A DNA stretch of 41,780 bases from a virus (IMGVR_UViG_3300020045_007641:1-41780), one strand, 5' to 3'; positions 27,880 through 35,215 are shown, counted from the first letter of the stretch. The notes: generated by a model from the sequence alone, not told the origin. Program-made: numbers and translations.

Positions 27880-27933
27880 AACAAAGTTTTAACATATTTA
27901 ACTTGTGTAATGTAAATTATAATAATATCTTTG
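27878..27933 (+). promoter_or_regulatory. Promoter with an upstream TTAACA-N5-TTAACA box
   Basis: TTAACA at 27878 and 27889; TTGTGTA 27903; TATCTTTG 27926. Confidence 0.78.
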
Positions 27934-27963
27934 CTTCAGTAATAACAACAAAAGATATTTATC

Positions 27964-28608
27964 ATGAACACTTACGCAAAATATACCGCTAACGTTTTTG
28001 TAGCAAAATGTGAAGAACAACACGAAAAAGGAGAAACTATAATAGTAGAAACAAAACACGGTAAAGAAAATGAGTGTATTGTTTTTAACTTAGTTCTTAG
28101 GGGTAAAGATGGTTTTTACTATTACTCTATAGTACGCGCTGACGGATACAATGTACAGGAGAGAGCTAAGGCAAAAGCAGAGCGATACCAACAATGGGCA
28201 GCAAGTGCTGAAACTAAATCAAATTCAGCTTATGAAGCATCAAAAGAAGGGCATGAGTTTTTATCTTTAGGAGAACCTATAAAGGTAGGGCATCATTCAG
28301 AAAAAAGGCATAGAGCATTATTTGAAAGAAACGATAATCGTATGAGAAAATATATAGAGCTTTTAGAGGTTTCAGCCACACACGAAAGTAAAGCAGAGTA
28401 CTGGAACAGAAAAGCAAATGATATTAATTTATCTATGCCGGAAAGCTTAGAATATTATGAATACAAAGTTGAAGAAGCTAAAGAAAAACATGAGGGTTTA
28501 AAGTCCGGTAAGTATCCGCGTGAACATTCTTATTCTTTAACCTATGCTAAAAAGGCAGTTAACGAGGCTGAAAAGAATTTAACTACAGCAAAAAAGCTAT
28601 GGTCTTAA
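27964..28608 (+). CDS. DUF3560-domain protein
   Basis: LGEPIKVGHHSEKRHR signature. Confidence 0.85.
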   Translation: MNTYAKYTANVFVAKCEEQHEKGETIIVETKHGKENECIVFNLVLRGKDGFYYYSIVRADGYNVQERAKAKAERYQQWAASAETKSNSAYEASKEGHEFLSLGEPIKVGHHSEKRHRALFERNDNRMRKYIELLEVSATHESKAEYWNRKANDINLSMPESLEYYEYKVEEAKEKHEGLKSGKYPREHSYSLTYAKKAVNEAEKNLTTAKKLWS

Positions 28609-28612
28609 AACT

Positions 28613-28658
28613 TTAACATAATTTATGTTGTGTAATATAAATAAGCGTTGTATATTTG
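28613..28658 (+). promoter_or_regulatory. Bacteroidota sigma70 promoter
   Basis: TTAACA 28613; TTGTGTA 28628; TATATTTG 28651. Confidence 0.78.
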
Positions 28659-28695
28659 CTACAGATAAAAACAACAACATTAAAATTTAATCATC

Positions 28696-28995
28696 ATGCA
28701 AACAGTAACGCCAACAACATTAGTTAAAAGCCTTAAAGTAGGAGATATTTTACCAAAAAGGACTGAATCCGAAAACATTGCTTATTACAAAGAAAACGGA
28801 TGGGATTGGGAAAACAGAGTAGTATATGGTACTACAGGGTATTCTAAAATAATATCTATAGAAACAACAAAAGCGGGAAGATACAAGATAACGCGAGAAT
28901 ACGAATACACATCTAAAGAAGGAATTAAAGAAATGTGTACTGGTAAATTTTCAAATGGTGCGGTTGTAGGAACTAATTTTGTAGGTTACTGGTAA
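28696..28995 (+). CDS. Hypothetical protein
   Basis: 99 aa after a promoter; followed by a hairpin at 29012-29033. Confidence 0.75.
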   Translation: MQTVTPTTLVKSLKVGDILPKRTESENIAYYKENGWDWENRVVYGTTGYSKIISIETTKAGRYKITREYEYTSKEGIKEMCTGKFSNGAVVGTNFVGYW

Positions 28996-29047
28996 ACTAC
29001 AAAAAACTAACAGCCCTCTTTAACCGGAGGGCTTAATAAAAAATATT

Positions 29048-29308
29048 ATGGAAGGATTAAATTTATTTAGGCATTACGCTTTGTTAGGGTTTGATGTATG
29101 CTTTACTTCATTATGCGGTAAAGATGCTATAAGGATGGTTAAGCGATACAGTTACAAGGCTGAACGCGCTTTGATATGTGAGCAGATAGTAGATACTTCA
29201 GACGATAACCGATTGAAAGAAGTTCTTAACTGGATGCATGATGATATTATACAGCAAGAGGAATCCGGAAAATATCATGAATCATTAGAAACTTATTTAA
29301 ATTCTTAA
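29048..29308 (+). CDS. Hypothetical protein
   Basis: 86 aa. Confidence 0.7.
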   Translation: MEGLNLFRHYALLGFDVCFTSLCGKDAIRMVKRYSYKAERALICEQIVDTSDDNRLKEVLNWMHDDIIQQEESGKYHESLETYLNS

Positions 29309-29318
29309 TTAAATTAAG

Positions 29319-29349
29319 TTGTGTATTTAATTATTTATTATTACCTTTG
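29319..29349 (+). promoter_or_regulatory. Bacteroidota sigma70 promoter
   Basis: TTGTGTA then TACCTTTG. Confidence 0.75.
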
Positions 29350-29368
29350 ATAAAACAAATTTAAAATC

Positions 29369-29698
29369 ATGGAAACAGAATTTACAAAAGAATACTTTAT
29401 AAAAAAGTTTGAAGCCATACCTGAAGATAAATGGTGTGTAGGAGAGTTGACAGCCCCTAATGATAAAGATTGTTATTGCGCTTTAGGTCATTGCGGAGTA
29501 TTAGAAACATCTTCTTTAAATCCTGAAGCAAGAGGCTTAAAAAATCTATTATGGAATTTAAGAGAAAAAATAGATTTTATTCCCTCTCCTGAAGCAGGAA
29601 TAGTATATCAAATAAATGATAACGAAAAACAATTTGGTTCTACACCAAGAGAGAGAATACTTAACGCGCTTAATATGGTTAGTGATGATAACGTATAA
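29369..29698 (+). CDS. Hypothetical protein (KFEAIPE.KW...CALGHCG)
   Basis: 109 aa after a promoter. Confidence 0.75.
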   Translation: METEFTKEYFIKKFEAIPEDKWCVGELTAPNDKDCYCALGHCGVLETSSLNPEARGLKNLLWNLREKIDFIPSPEAGIVYQINDNEKQFGSTPRERILNALNMVSDDNV

Positions 29699-29903
29699 AA
29701 AAAGACCTCACACAAATAAGATAAGCGATATTTGTAATAACACGTTTCAGCCTATAGATGTTTTCTTAGATGGTAAGAACGTAGGTAGGATATTAAAAAT
29801 AGGGCAAACGGAAAAATACGCTTACTATCCTAAAGGCAGCAATACCGGAGGCGACTCGTTTTCAAGTATTGAACTGGTTAAAAAAAGTATAGAAGAATGT
29901 TAG
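29685..29903 (+). CDS. Hypothetical protein (likely start 29685, MITYKKRPH)
   Basis: The shorter start gives a normal 14-nt overlap with the upstream gene. Confidence 0.68.
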   Translation: MITYKKRPHTNKISDICNNTFQPIDVFLDGKNVGRILKIGQTEKYAYYPKGSNTGGDSFSSIELVKKSIEEC

Positions 29904-30130
29904 ATAAAAATATAATCACTACTATGTTGAGGCAAGGTAGTTCGATAAGCGAAATAGCCAGAAAGCTAAACACACGTAAAGAGCGCGTAAGGCGTTTAAT
30001 TAATAAAGATAAGGATTTACTAAGCATAAAGAATAATAACCGCTACGAAGCCTATAAACAGGCTAAAGCGGATATGCAGAAAGAACATTTAATAAGCTAC
30101 TCTTATTTGAGTGCAATGCAAAAAATATAG
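29897..30130 (+). CDS. HTH DNA-binding protein
   Basis: QGSSISEIARKLNTRKERVRRLI. Confidence 0.75.
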   Translation: MLDKNIITTMLRQGSSISEIARKLNTRKERVRRLINKDKDLLSIKNNNRYEAYKQAKADMQKEHLISYSYLSAMQKI

Positions 30131-30132
30131 TT

Positions 30133-30348
30133 ATGGAAACAAAAACTTTAAAGGAGTGGTTAAAATTATTACCTCTATCGGTTAGGCTTAAGTATATGGA
30201 AAACTTAAGGATTCAAAAAAACTTTCATTACTTGAAACAAATATTTGAAAAAGAATTTACAATATCAGCTTCTTTTCTTTGGTTAACCAGTAAAGAAGGT
30301 TTTGAATATTGGAATAAAGTAGAAGATAAATATATTTTAAATAAATAA
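30133..30348 (+). CDS. Hypothetical protein (AF.W....EG..YW-type motif)
   Basis: 71 aa. Confidence 0.72.
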   Translation: METKTLKEWLKLLPLSVRLKYMENLRIQKNFHYLKQIFEKEFTISASFLWLTSKEGFEYWNKVEDKYILNK

Positions 30349-30355
30349 TAAAATT

Positions 30356-30634
30356 ATGTACAGGTTAAAACATATTCCAACAGGCTTATATTATCAACCT
30401 CTTAAACATAGGGGTTCTCATTTATCTAAATCAGGTAAAATTTACCAGACAAACAGTAACGGTATATTTACAGGTTTAAGAGCAGGATTATACTTAAACG
30501 TTTATGCCGCAAAGAATAGCCGGATACAAAAAGATACTTCTAATGTTTTAGAATGGTTAGAGGTTAGTTACGCATCCGGTTACCAAGTTTATGCGAAAAC
30601 ATTAATAACAGATTGGGTTAAAGAAAATATTTAA
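30356..30634 (+). CDS. Hypothetical protein
   Basis: 92 aa, MYRLKHIPTGLYY. Confidence 0.72.
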   Translation: MYRLKHIPTGLYYQPLKHRGSHLSKSGKIYQTNSNGIFTGLRAGLYLNVYAAKNSRIQKDTSNVLEWLEVSYASGYQVYAKTLITDWVKENI

Positions 30635-30654
30635 AAATAAACAATAAAATTATG

Positions 30655-30684
30655 TTGTGTATTAAAAATATATTATTATCTTTG
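30655..30684 (+). promoter_or_regulatory. Bacteroidota sigma70 promoter
   Basis: TTGTGTA then TATCTTTG. Confidence 0.75.
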
Positions 30685-30713
30685 CTAAAGTAAAAAAAAT
30701 TAAAAATTTAATT

Positions 30714-31043
30714 ATGAGTAACATTAATAAATTGCCGGATGATGTAAATCCTATAAAGGCTTATCACGAATTAGCAGAAAAAGGTATACACAATAATCTT
30801 TATAAAGATTGTAGAATTTATTTATATACGCATCCTGAAGAAAAAGAAATAACTCTAATAGATGTTATGAAGCCTGCCTTAGATTTGTACAAAGAAATTT
30901 TAGATTCTATTTTAGTAGACGAAAGATTAATGTATGAAATATTAAACGTAATTAGAATGTACAGCAATGATAATACATTACCTCCAAAAGTTTACGAGCT
31001 TTTAAAAGCGCAAAGAACGGCAAACAAAAAATTAAACAATTAA
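30714..31043 (+). CDS. Hypothetical protein
   Basis: 109 aa after a promoter. Confidence 0.75.
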   Translation: MSNINKLPDDVNPIKAYHELAEKGIHNNLYKDCRIYLYTHPEEKEITLIDVMKPALDLYKEILDSILVDERLMYEILNVIRMYSNDNTLPPKVYELLKAQRTANKKLNN

Positions 31044-31071
31044 AAATAAAATAAAAATAATTTAAATATAG

Positions 31072-31102
31072 TTGTGTAATTAAAATAAATAGATTACATT
31101 TG
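31072..31102 (+). promoter_or_regulatory. Bacteroidota sigma70 promoter
   Basis: TTGTGTA then TACATTTG. Confidence 0.75.
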
Positions 31103-31130
31103 CTATATCAAAATAACAAAACAATTAATT

Positions 31131-31355
31131 ATGAATGCAAAAGAAGCAGCCGCCTTGTCTGATAAAAACCCCTTTACAAGGGTAGACGTAGACGAAAGAA
31201 TTTTAAATCAGGCAAAACAAAAAGGAATTAGAAGTATAATACTTTTTGATATAGTTGTAAGCCAAGATTTGCACACCTCGTTATTTAATGATGGTTATAC
31301 GCTCTCTAACTTTGTTACTCCTGATAACAGGCAGCATTTAAAAATATCTTGGTAA
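31131..31355 (+). CDS. Hypothetical protein (A.EA...G...L...GY...ISW family pattern)
   Basis: 74 aa after a promoter. Confidence 0.75.
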   Translation: MNAKEAAALSDKNPFTRVDVDERILNQAKQKGIRSIILFDIVVSQDLHTSLFNDGYTLSNFVTPDNRQHLKISW

Positions 31356-31520
31356 CTTATTTTAAAGCGATTTAAGAAGCTTTAAAATAAAAGATATATA
31401 AAGTATCCGCTTAAGATAAATTATTCGTTACGCAAGCTTATTATAGTGCTTACAGCCTTATATTAATTACGTATTGAGTTAAAGAGTACAAACATATTGA
31501 AATAAAGTAATAAATATTAC

Positions 31521-31610
31521 ATGACAAGACCCAGACCGCCCACCTATTTTTTAACTGATTTTAAAGATAAAAGATATACCGGAATAATAATAAAAGAATA
31601 TGTATTGTGA
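31521..31610 (+). CDS. Candidate Pro/Arg micro-ORF 1 (MTRPRPPTYFLTDFKDKRYTGIIIKEYVL)
   Basis: A-rich leader; GC-rich Pro/Arg codons in AT-rich DNA. Confidence 0.45.
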   Translation: MTRPRPPTYFLTDFKDKRYTGIIIKEYVL

Positions 31611-31648
31611 AACATCCAAATATTAGAGAAGGCACTTATTTATTTTAA
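31607..31648 (+). CDS. Candidate micro-ORF 2 (GTG start; MKHPNIREGTYLF)
   Basis: GTGA overlap with the stop of ORF 1. Confidence 0.35.
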   Translation: MKHPNIREGTYLF

Positions 31649-31687
31649 ATAGATAAGCTTAGATAGATAAAATATAATATACCCATT

Positions 31688-31753
31688 GTGAAACATATTA
31701 AACTGCCTCCTATGAGAGCTAAACCTAAATTAAAGGGAAGCCTAAACACATAA
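31688..31753 (+). CDS. Candidate micro-ORF 3 (GTG start; MKHIKLPPMRAKPKLKGSLNT)
   Basis: Same ATTGTGAAACAT start context as ORF 2. Confidence 0.38.
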   Translation: MKHIKLPPMRAKPKLKGSLNT

Positions 31754-31776
31754 ATTATAAATCGTAAAAACATAAA

Positions 31777-32142
31777 ATGAAAAACTTTTTTTCTCAAAAG
31801 CTATATGTAAATATCCTAAATGGATTGCATATACCTGTTTTCTTAGCTGTAATTTTCCTGTTATTTAATGCTTATGAAGCTAAAGGAGCTACACCTGAAT
31901 CTTTGCTTTTGTATCCTTCAGCCGGATACGCCTTTTTAGTAGGTTGGCTTTTTAACCTGCTTCAGTTCTTTTTGTCTGGTAATAAGAAAGGCGCGTTAAA
32001 AGAATCTGTATATACAGGTATTGGCGGTATATTTGGCGGTATATTAGCGTATTGGCTCTACAGTTCCGGCTTAGGTTACTGGATGCTTGCGCCTTCGTTA
32101 GCTATATTTGCCTTTACATACTACCTTTGGAAAAAGAAATAA
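31777..32142 (+). CDS. Four-TM membrane protein
   Basis: 121 aa, four hydrophobic segments, GGIFGG motif. Confidence 0.78.
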   Translation: MKNFFSQKLYVNILNGLHIPVFLAVIFLLFNAYEAKGATPESLLLYPSAGYAFLVGWLFNLLQFFLSGNKKGALKESVYTGIGGIFGGILAYWLYSSGLGYWMLAPSLAIFAFTYYLWKKK

Positions 32143-32174
32143 CAATCCGGTTAATGCAGGTTAAAACATAAAAC

Positions 32175-32207
32175 ATGAGAACGCCTCCCATACGCGCTGA
32201 AACTTAA
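32175..32207 (+). CDS. Candidate micro-ORF 4 (MRTPPIRAET)
   Basis: Leader AAAACATAAAAC nearly identical to that of the 31777 gene. Confidence 0.4.
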   Translation: MRTPPIRAET

Positions 32208-32359
32208 AAAGTATACAGCTTAAAGATAAAAGATAAAATATAGATAAAAATAAAATCCTGTGTTTACAGGTTGCTTTAAGGATACTCCTTTAAGTAAATT
32301 AATTTAAAACGTATCAATATGAAGTAAGCCCGTAATAAATTAGTTAGTCTCGTAATGGT

Positions 32360-32394
32360 AAAAAGCTCCTGCATTAAATTGTGGGAGCTTTTTT
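32360..32394 (+). terminator. Intrinsic terminator
   Basis: AAAAAGCTCC/GGAGCTTTTT stem and T-run. Confidence 0.78.
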
Positions 32395-32396
32395 AT

Positions 32397-32453
32397 TTAA
32401 CATAACTTTAACATTTAATTGTGTTGTGTAAATAAAATAGTGTTGTATATTTG
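32397..32453 (+). promoter_or_regulatory. Promoter with an upstream TTAACA-N5-TTAACA box
   Basis: TTAACA at 32397 and 32408; TTGTGTA 32424; TATATTTG 32446. Confidence 0.78.
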
Positions 32454-32478
32454 CTAAACAATTAAAGCAATAGAAATT

Positions 32479-32670
32479 ATGTATAAGCAAATTTATAAAG
32501 GTCAAGAAATAAGCGTTACAAAGGTTTATGACGAAACAGGGAAAACCTATTGGTACTGTCAAGTAAATGGAAACGATGCAAACGACTGGGTATTGCTTAA
32601 AAGAACTGCAATAGCAGCCGCAAAAGAAATGATAGATAACCCTAAAAATTACGGCTTAGAACTGATTTAA
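32479..32670 (+). CDS. Hypothetical protein
   Basis: 63 aa after a promoter. Confidence 0.75.
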   Translation: MYKQIYKGQEISVTKVYDETGKTYWYCQVNGNDANDWVLLKRTAIAAAKEMIDNPKNYGLELI

Positions 32671-32710
32671 CTAACACGGGAGGTTAAAGCTATAATTAAA
32701 ATAAAGTATT

Positions 32711-32839
32711 ATGAAAACAACCAAGTATTACAAAAATATTATTAACTACTTTTTAATAGGGTTTTTAATGTCGTTCTTATTTTTTGCTGTAATATCTTTA
32801 GTGGTAATAGTTGCAGAAATATCAAAGCAAATAAATTAA
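32711..32839 (+). CDS. Single-TM microprotein (42 aa, MKTTKYYKNIINYFLIGFLMSFLFFAVISLVVIV...)
   Basis: Below track cutoff; fills the gap. Confidence 0.6.
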   Translation: MKTTKYYKNIINYFLIGFLMSFLFFAVISLVVIVAEISKQIN

Positions 32840-32855
32840 ACTTTAAATAAACAAA

Positions 32856-33086
32856 ATGGAAAAACACGAAATTATTACAGCGTATATATTAGACAAGATG
32901 TCTGATATAAAACAATTAGCCAACAAGCTAACAGGATTAAAAGGTAAACTTAAGCTTTACATAAAAGAGCCTGTAAGCGATTCAGAATTTACTTTGATAC
33001 GTAGGTATATTGCGAAACATTACAGCCTTACAGGGGACGGCTATACAATTTCTGAAGGTGTAAGCGTTAAACTTGTAAACGAATAG
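32856..33086 (+). CDS. Hypothetical protein
   Basis: 76 aa. Confidence 0.7.
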   Translation: MEKHEIITAYILDKMSDIKQLANKLTGLKGKLKLYIKEPVSDSEFTLIRRYIAKHYSLTGDGYTISEGVSVKLVNE

Positions 33087-33088
33087 TT

Positions 33089-33265
33089 ATGTTAAACACA
33101 GCAGGTAACACGTTACAGCATTATATAGATGTAATAAAATATGTTTGTGGATAATCTTTAACCATAGACGTTATAAAAGCTGCAGCTTTAAGATGTTTTG
33201 AATTAAATTATATTACGTCTCAATGCTTAGATAGGGCTACAGATTTTTTTACTTATGGAAATTAG
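33089..33265 (+). pseudogene. Small gene interrupted by an in-frame TAA at 33152-33154
   Basis: MLNTAGNTLQHYIDVIKYVCG*SLTIDVIKAAALRCFELNYITSQCLDRATDFFTYGN*; spans the gap exactly. Confidence 0.5.
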
Positions 33266-33728
33266 CCAAGCCAAAAAGAAAGAAGGTATAGTTTGCTGTG
33301 CTTATGGCTGCTACTCTAAACCTATCCCTAAAAAAGGGGGTCTATGTCATAAGCACTACAGGAAAAAACGTACTGAAGTAGACCCTGTAGGAGTTCGTTA
33401 CAATGACTTTAAACACGGAGCAAAGAAACGCGGTAAATTCTTTAGCATTAGTATAAAAGAGTTCCGGCAATTCTGCAAAGATACCGGATACCTTCATAAC
33501 GGCTACAGAGGCAAAAGAGCTACGTTAGACAGGATTAAAAACTATTTAGGTTATACAATACCAAACCTGCAAATAATAACAGGCAGAGCCAATATACACA
33601 AGTACTGGAATCACGACAGATACGAAGAACGTCCTGAAGGTTTTGAAGTTCCGGACGAATACTTACAGAAACTTAATGAATTTAAAGAAGCTGTAGAAGG
33701 ATATGAAGAAGGGGATTTACCTTTTTAA
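33255..33728 (+). CDS. Cys-rich HNH-like protein
   Basis: CCAYGC...LCHKHY; TLDRIKNYLGYTIPNLQII...N; ends GDLPF. Confidence 0.7.
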   Translation: MEISQAKKKEGIVCCAYGCYSKPIPKKGGLCHKHYRKKRTEVDPVGVRYNDFKHGAKKRGKFFSISIKEFRQFCKDTGYLHNGYRGKRATLDRIKNYLGYTIPNLQIITGRANIHKYWNHDRYEERPEGFEVPDEYLQKLNEFKEAVEGYEEGDLPF

Positions 33729-33753
33729 GCACTCTTAACGGGGTGCTTTTTTT
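33727..33753 (+). terminator. Intrinsic terminator
   Basis: AAGCACTC/GGGTGCTT stem and T-run. Confidence 0.75.
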
Positions 33754-33763
33754 ATTTTAAATT

Positions 33764-33808
33764 TTAACATTTATTTTATTGTGTATGTAAATTATAATTG
33801 TATATTTG
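33764..33808 (+). promoter_or_regulatory. Bacteroidota sigma70 promoter
   Basis: TTAACA 33764; TTGTGTA 33779; TATATTTG 33801. Confidence 0.75.
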
Positions 33809-33839
33809 CTGTAGAATTAATCACATAAAAATTTACATC

Positions 33840-34001
33840 ATGGTAATAATTTTAAAATTAACAGCAAAAGAGTTATTGGCAATAACTGATACATTAGATA
33901 ATGCTTCTGCTCATATGGGAGAAGATATAAATATTAAACAGGATATAAAAACTATAGACAAGGCTTTATTAAGGAATGGATATAAAAGACAATATAATTA
34001 A
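33840..34001 (+). CDS. Hypothetical protein (likely start 33840, MVIILKLT)
   Basis: The track start lies within the promoter. Confidence 0.7.
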   Translation: MVIILKLTAKELLAITDTLDNASAHMGEDINIKQDIKTIDKALLRNGYKRQYN

Positions 34002-34003
34002 TC

Positions 34004-34123
34004 ATGGTAAACATAAACGTTATAAACGTAAATACAGCATCCGGCAATATAAATATTCAATTGCCTAACCTACAGGTTAACATACAAAACGGTAACGTAA
34101 ACATTAATATAATAAACCTTTAA
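34004..34123 (+). CDS. Asn/Ile/Val-rich uncharged 39-aa microprotein (MVNINVINVNTASGNINIQLPNLQVNIQNGNVNINIINL)
   Basis: Below track cutoff; 2-nt gaps to the genes on both sides. Confidence 0.65.
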   Translation: MVNINVINVNTASGNINIQLPNLQVNIQNGNVNINIINL

Positions 34124-34125
34124 TT

Positions 34126-34329
34126 ATGAAATCAGCATTAACACTACACGAAAAGATTAACGCCCGTTCACAGTTCAGCAGGCACTCTAAGAGGCGTGCT
34201 AAAATACCTTATGATAATAGATTAAGGTATTTAAAAGTTAATGACCCTGAGCAGCCTTATTTCCCACAGGATGAAGCAAACAAAGGTTATAAGAAAACTA
34301 AAGAACAAATATTTAACGGTAAAAGATAA
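34126..34329 (+). CDS. Small basic protein, paralogue A (TLHEKINARS...AKIPY)
   Basis: Similarity to the next ORF. Confidence 0.72.
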   Translation: MKSALTLHEKINARSQFSRHSKRRAKIPYDNRLRYLKVNDPEQPYFPQDEANKGYKKTKEQIFNGKR

Positions 34330-34333
34330 AATT

Positions 34334-34480
34334 ATGACAGTACACGAAAAAATAAATTTGCGCTCATGGTTTCAGCCAAACTATACTAAATTTTTAACTG
34401 CTAAAATACCTTACAATACTCATTTTAAAAATGACTTTTGGGATAATGAAAAATCAAAACCTTTTAAATTGTCAAACTAA
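34334..34480 (+). CDS. Small basic protein, paralogue B (MTVHEKINLRS...AKIPY; likely start 34334)
   Basis: Similarity to the previous ORF defines the start. Confidence 0.72.
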   Translation: MTVHEKINLRSWFQPNYTKFLTAKIPYNTHFKNDFWDNEKSKPFKLSN

Positions 34481-34482
34481 TT

Positions 34483-34710
34483 ATGAAAAAATTATTATTT
34501 ATTGCAGCCTGCTTATCTTTAACGGGCTGCATCCCAGAACCCAGAACGGATATAAAAACCTTTAAATTAAAGGTTGATTATCTAAATGGAAAAACCGATA
34601 CTATAACCTTAGAAGGCTCTGATATATTTCTAAGTGAAGGCAACCTTTATAACGGATTAAGTTTTAAACCTAAAGCCTGTTATGTAACCAGATTTGTAGT
34701 ATTAGACTAA
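34483..34710 (+). CDS. Small lipoprotein
   Basis: MKKLLFIAACLSLTG|C lipobox. Confidence 0.75.
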   Translation: MKKLLFIAACLSLTGCIPEPRTDIKTFKLKVDYLNGKTDTITLEGSDIFLSEGNLYNGLSFKPKACYVTRFVVLD

Positions 34711-34928
34711 TGGCAGGAGAAAAGAAACTAACAGATATGCTTTTAACTACAACCGGATTAGGATACAAAGTAGAATTTGAAAGCACACCAGATACTTTAA
34801 TAGTTAGCATAACCGATAAAGACCATAAAGAAATTACAGATACACGGGCGTTAATTAAAGCGCGTGTTACTGAAGCCAGAATAGTACAAGGTTTAAAATA
34901 TTTAATTCACGATTTAAAAGGGGAGTAA
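34710..34928 (+). CDS. Hypothetical protein
   Basis: TAATG-coupled. Confidence 0.72.
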   Translation: MAGEKKLTDMLLTTTGLGYKVEFESTPDTLIVSITDKDHKEITDTRALIKARVTEARIVQGLKYLIHDLKGE

Positions 34929-35140
34929 TGAAATACAAAGTAATAATAAAAAAGTTTCCTGAAACAGAAGAACGTTCTTCATATAGAACTAATGATTTTT
35001 TAGCCGCAAATTATTATATATCTAATGCTTTAGATAATCCTTTAGGTAATAATTACATAGCAAAAAAAGTAGATAAACCTTCAGCCGGATTTTATGCAGA
35101 GGTTTACGAGAACAACGAAATATTTATGTATATACAATAA
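34928..35140 (+). CDS. Hypothetical protein
   Basis: TAATG-coupled. Confidence 0.72.
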   Translation: MKYKVIIKKFPETEERSSYRTNDFLAANYYISNALDNPLGNNYIAKKVDKPSAGFYAEVYENNEIFMYIQ

Positions 35141-35161
35141 GCTCCTAACGGGGCTTTTTTT
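35139..35161 (+). terminator. Intrinsic terminator
   Basis: AAGCTCC-TAAC-GGGGCTT and T-run. Confidence 0.7.
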
Positions 35162-35185
35162 ATTTGTTAAAATTAAATATTTTTA

Positions 35186-35215
35186 TTCTGTATTAAAATA
35201 ATAGTTTTATATTTG
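35186..35215 (+). promoter_or_regulatory. Bacteroidota sigma70 promoter
   Basis: TTCTGTA then TATATTTG. Confidence 0.65.

Noticed and set aside
32374-32562. Minus-strand 62-aa ORF
   Set aside because: Overlaps a terminator, a promoter and a plus-strand gene
20795-35215. Recurring intergenic motif as a CRISPR array or integron attC sites
   Set aside because: Copies are degenerate, separated by whole genes, non-palindromic, and match the Bacteroidota promoter consensus; no cas or integrase seen
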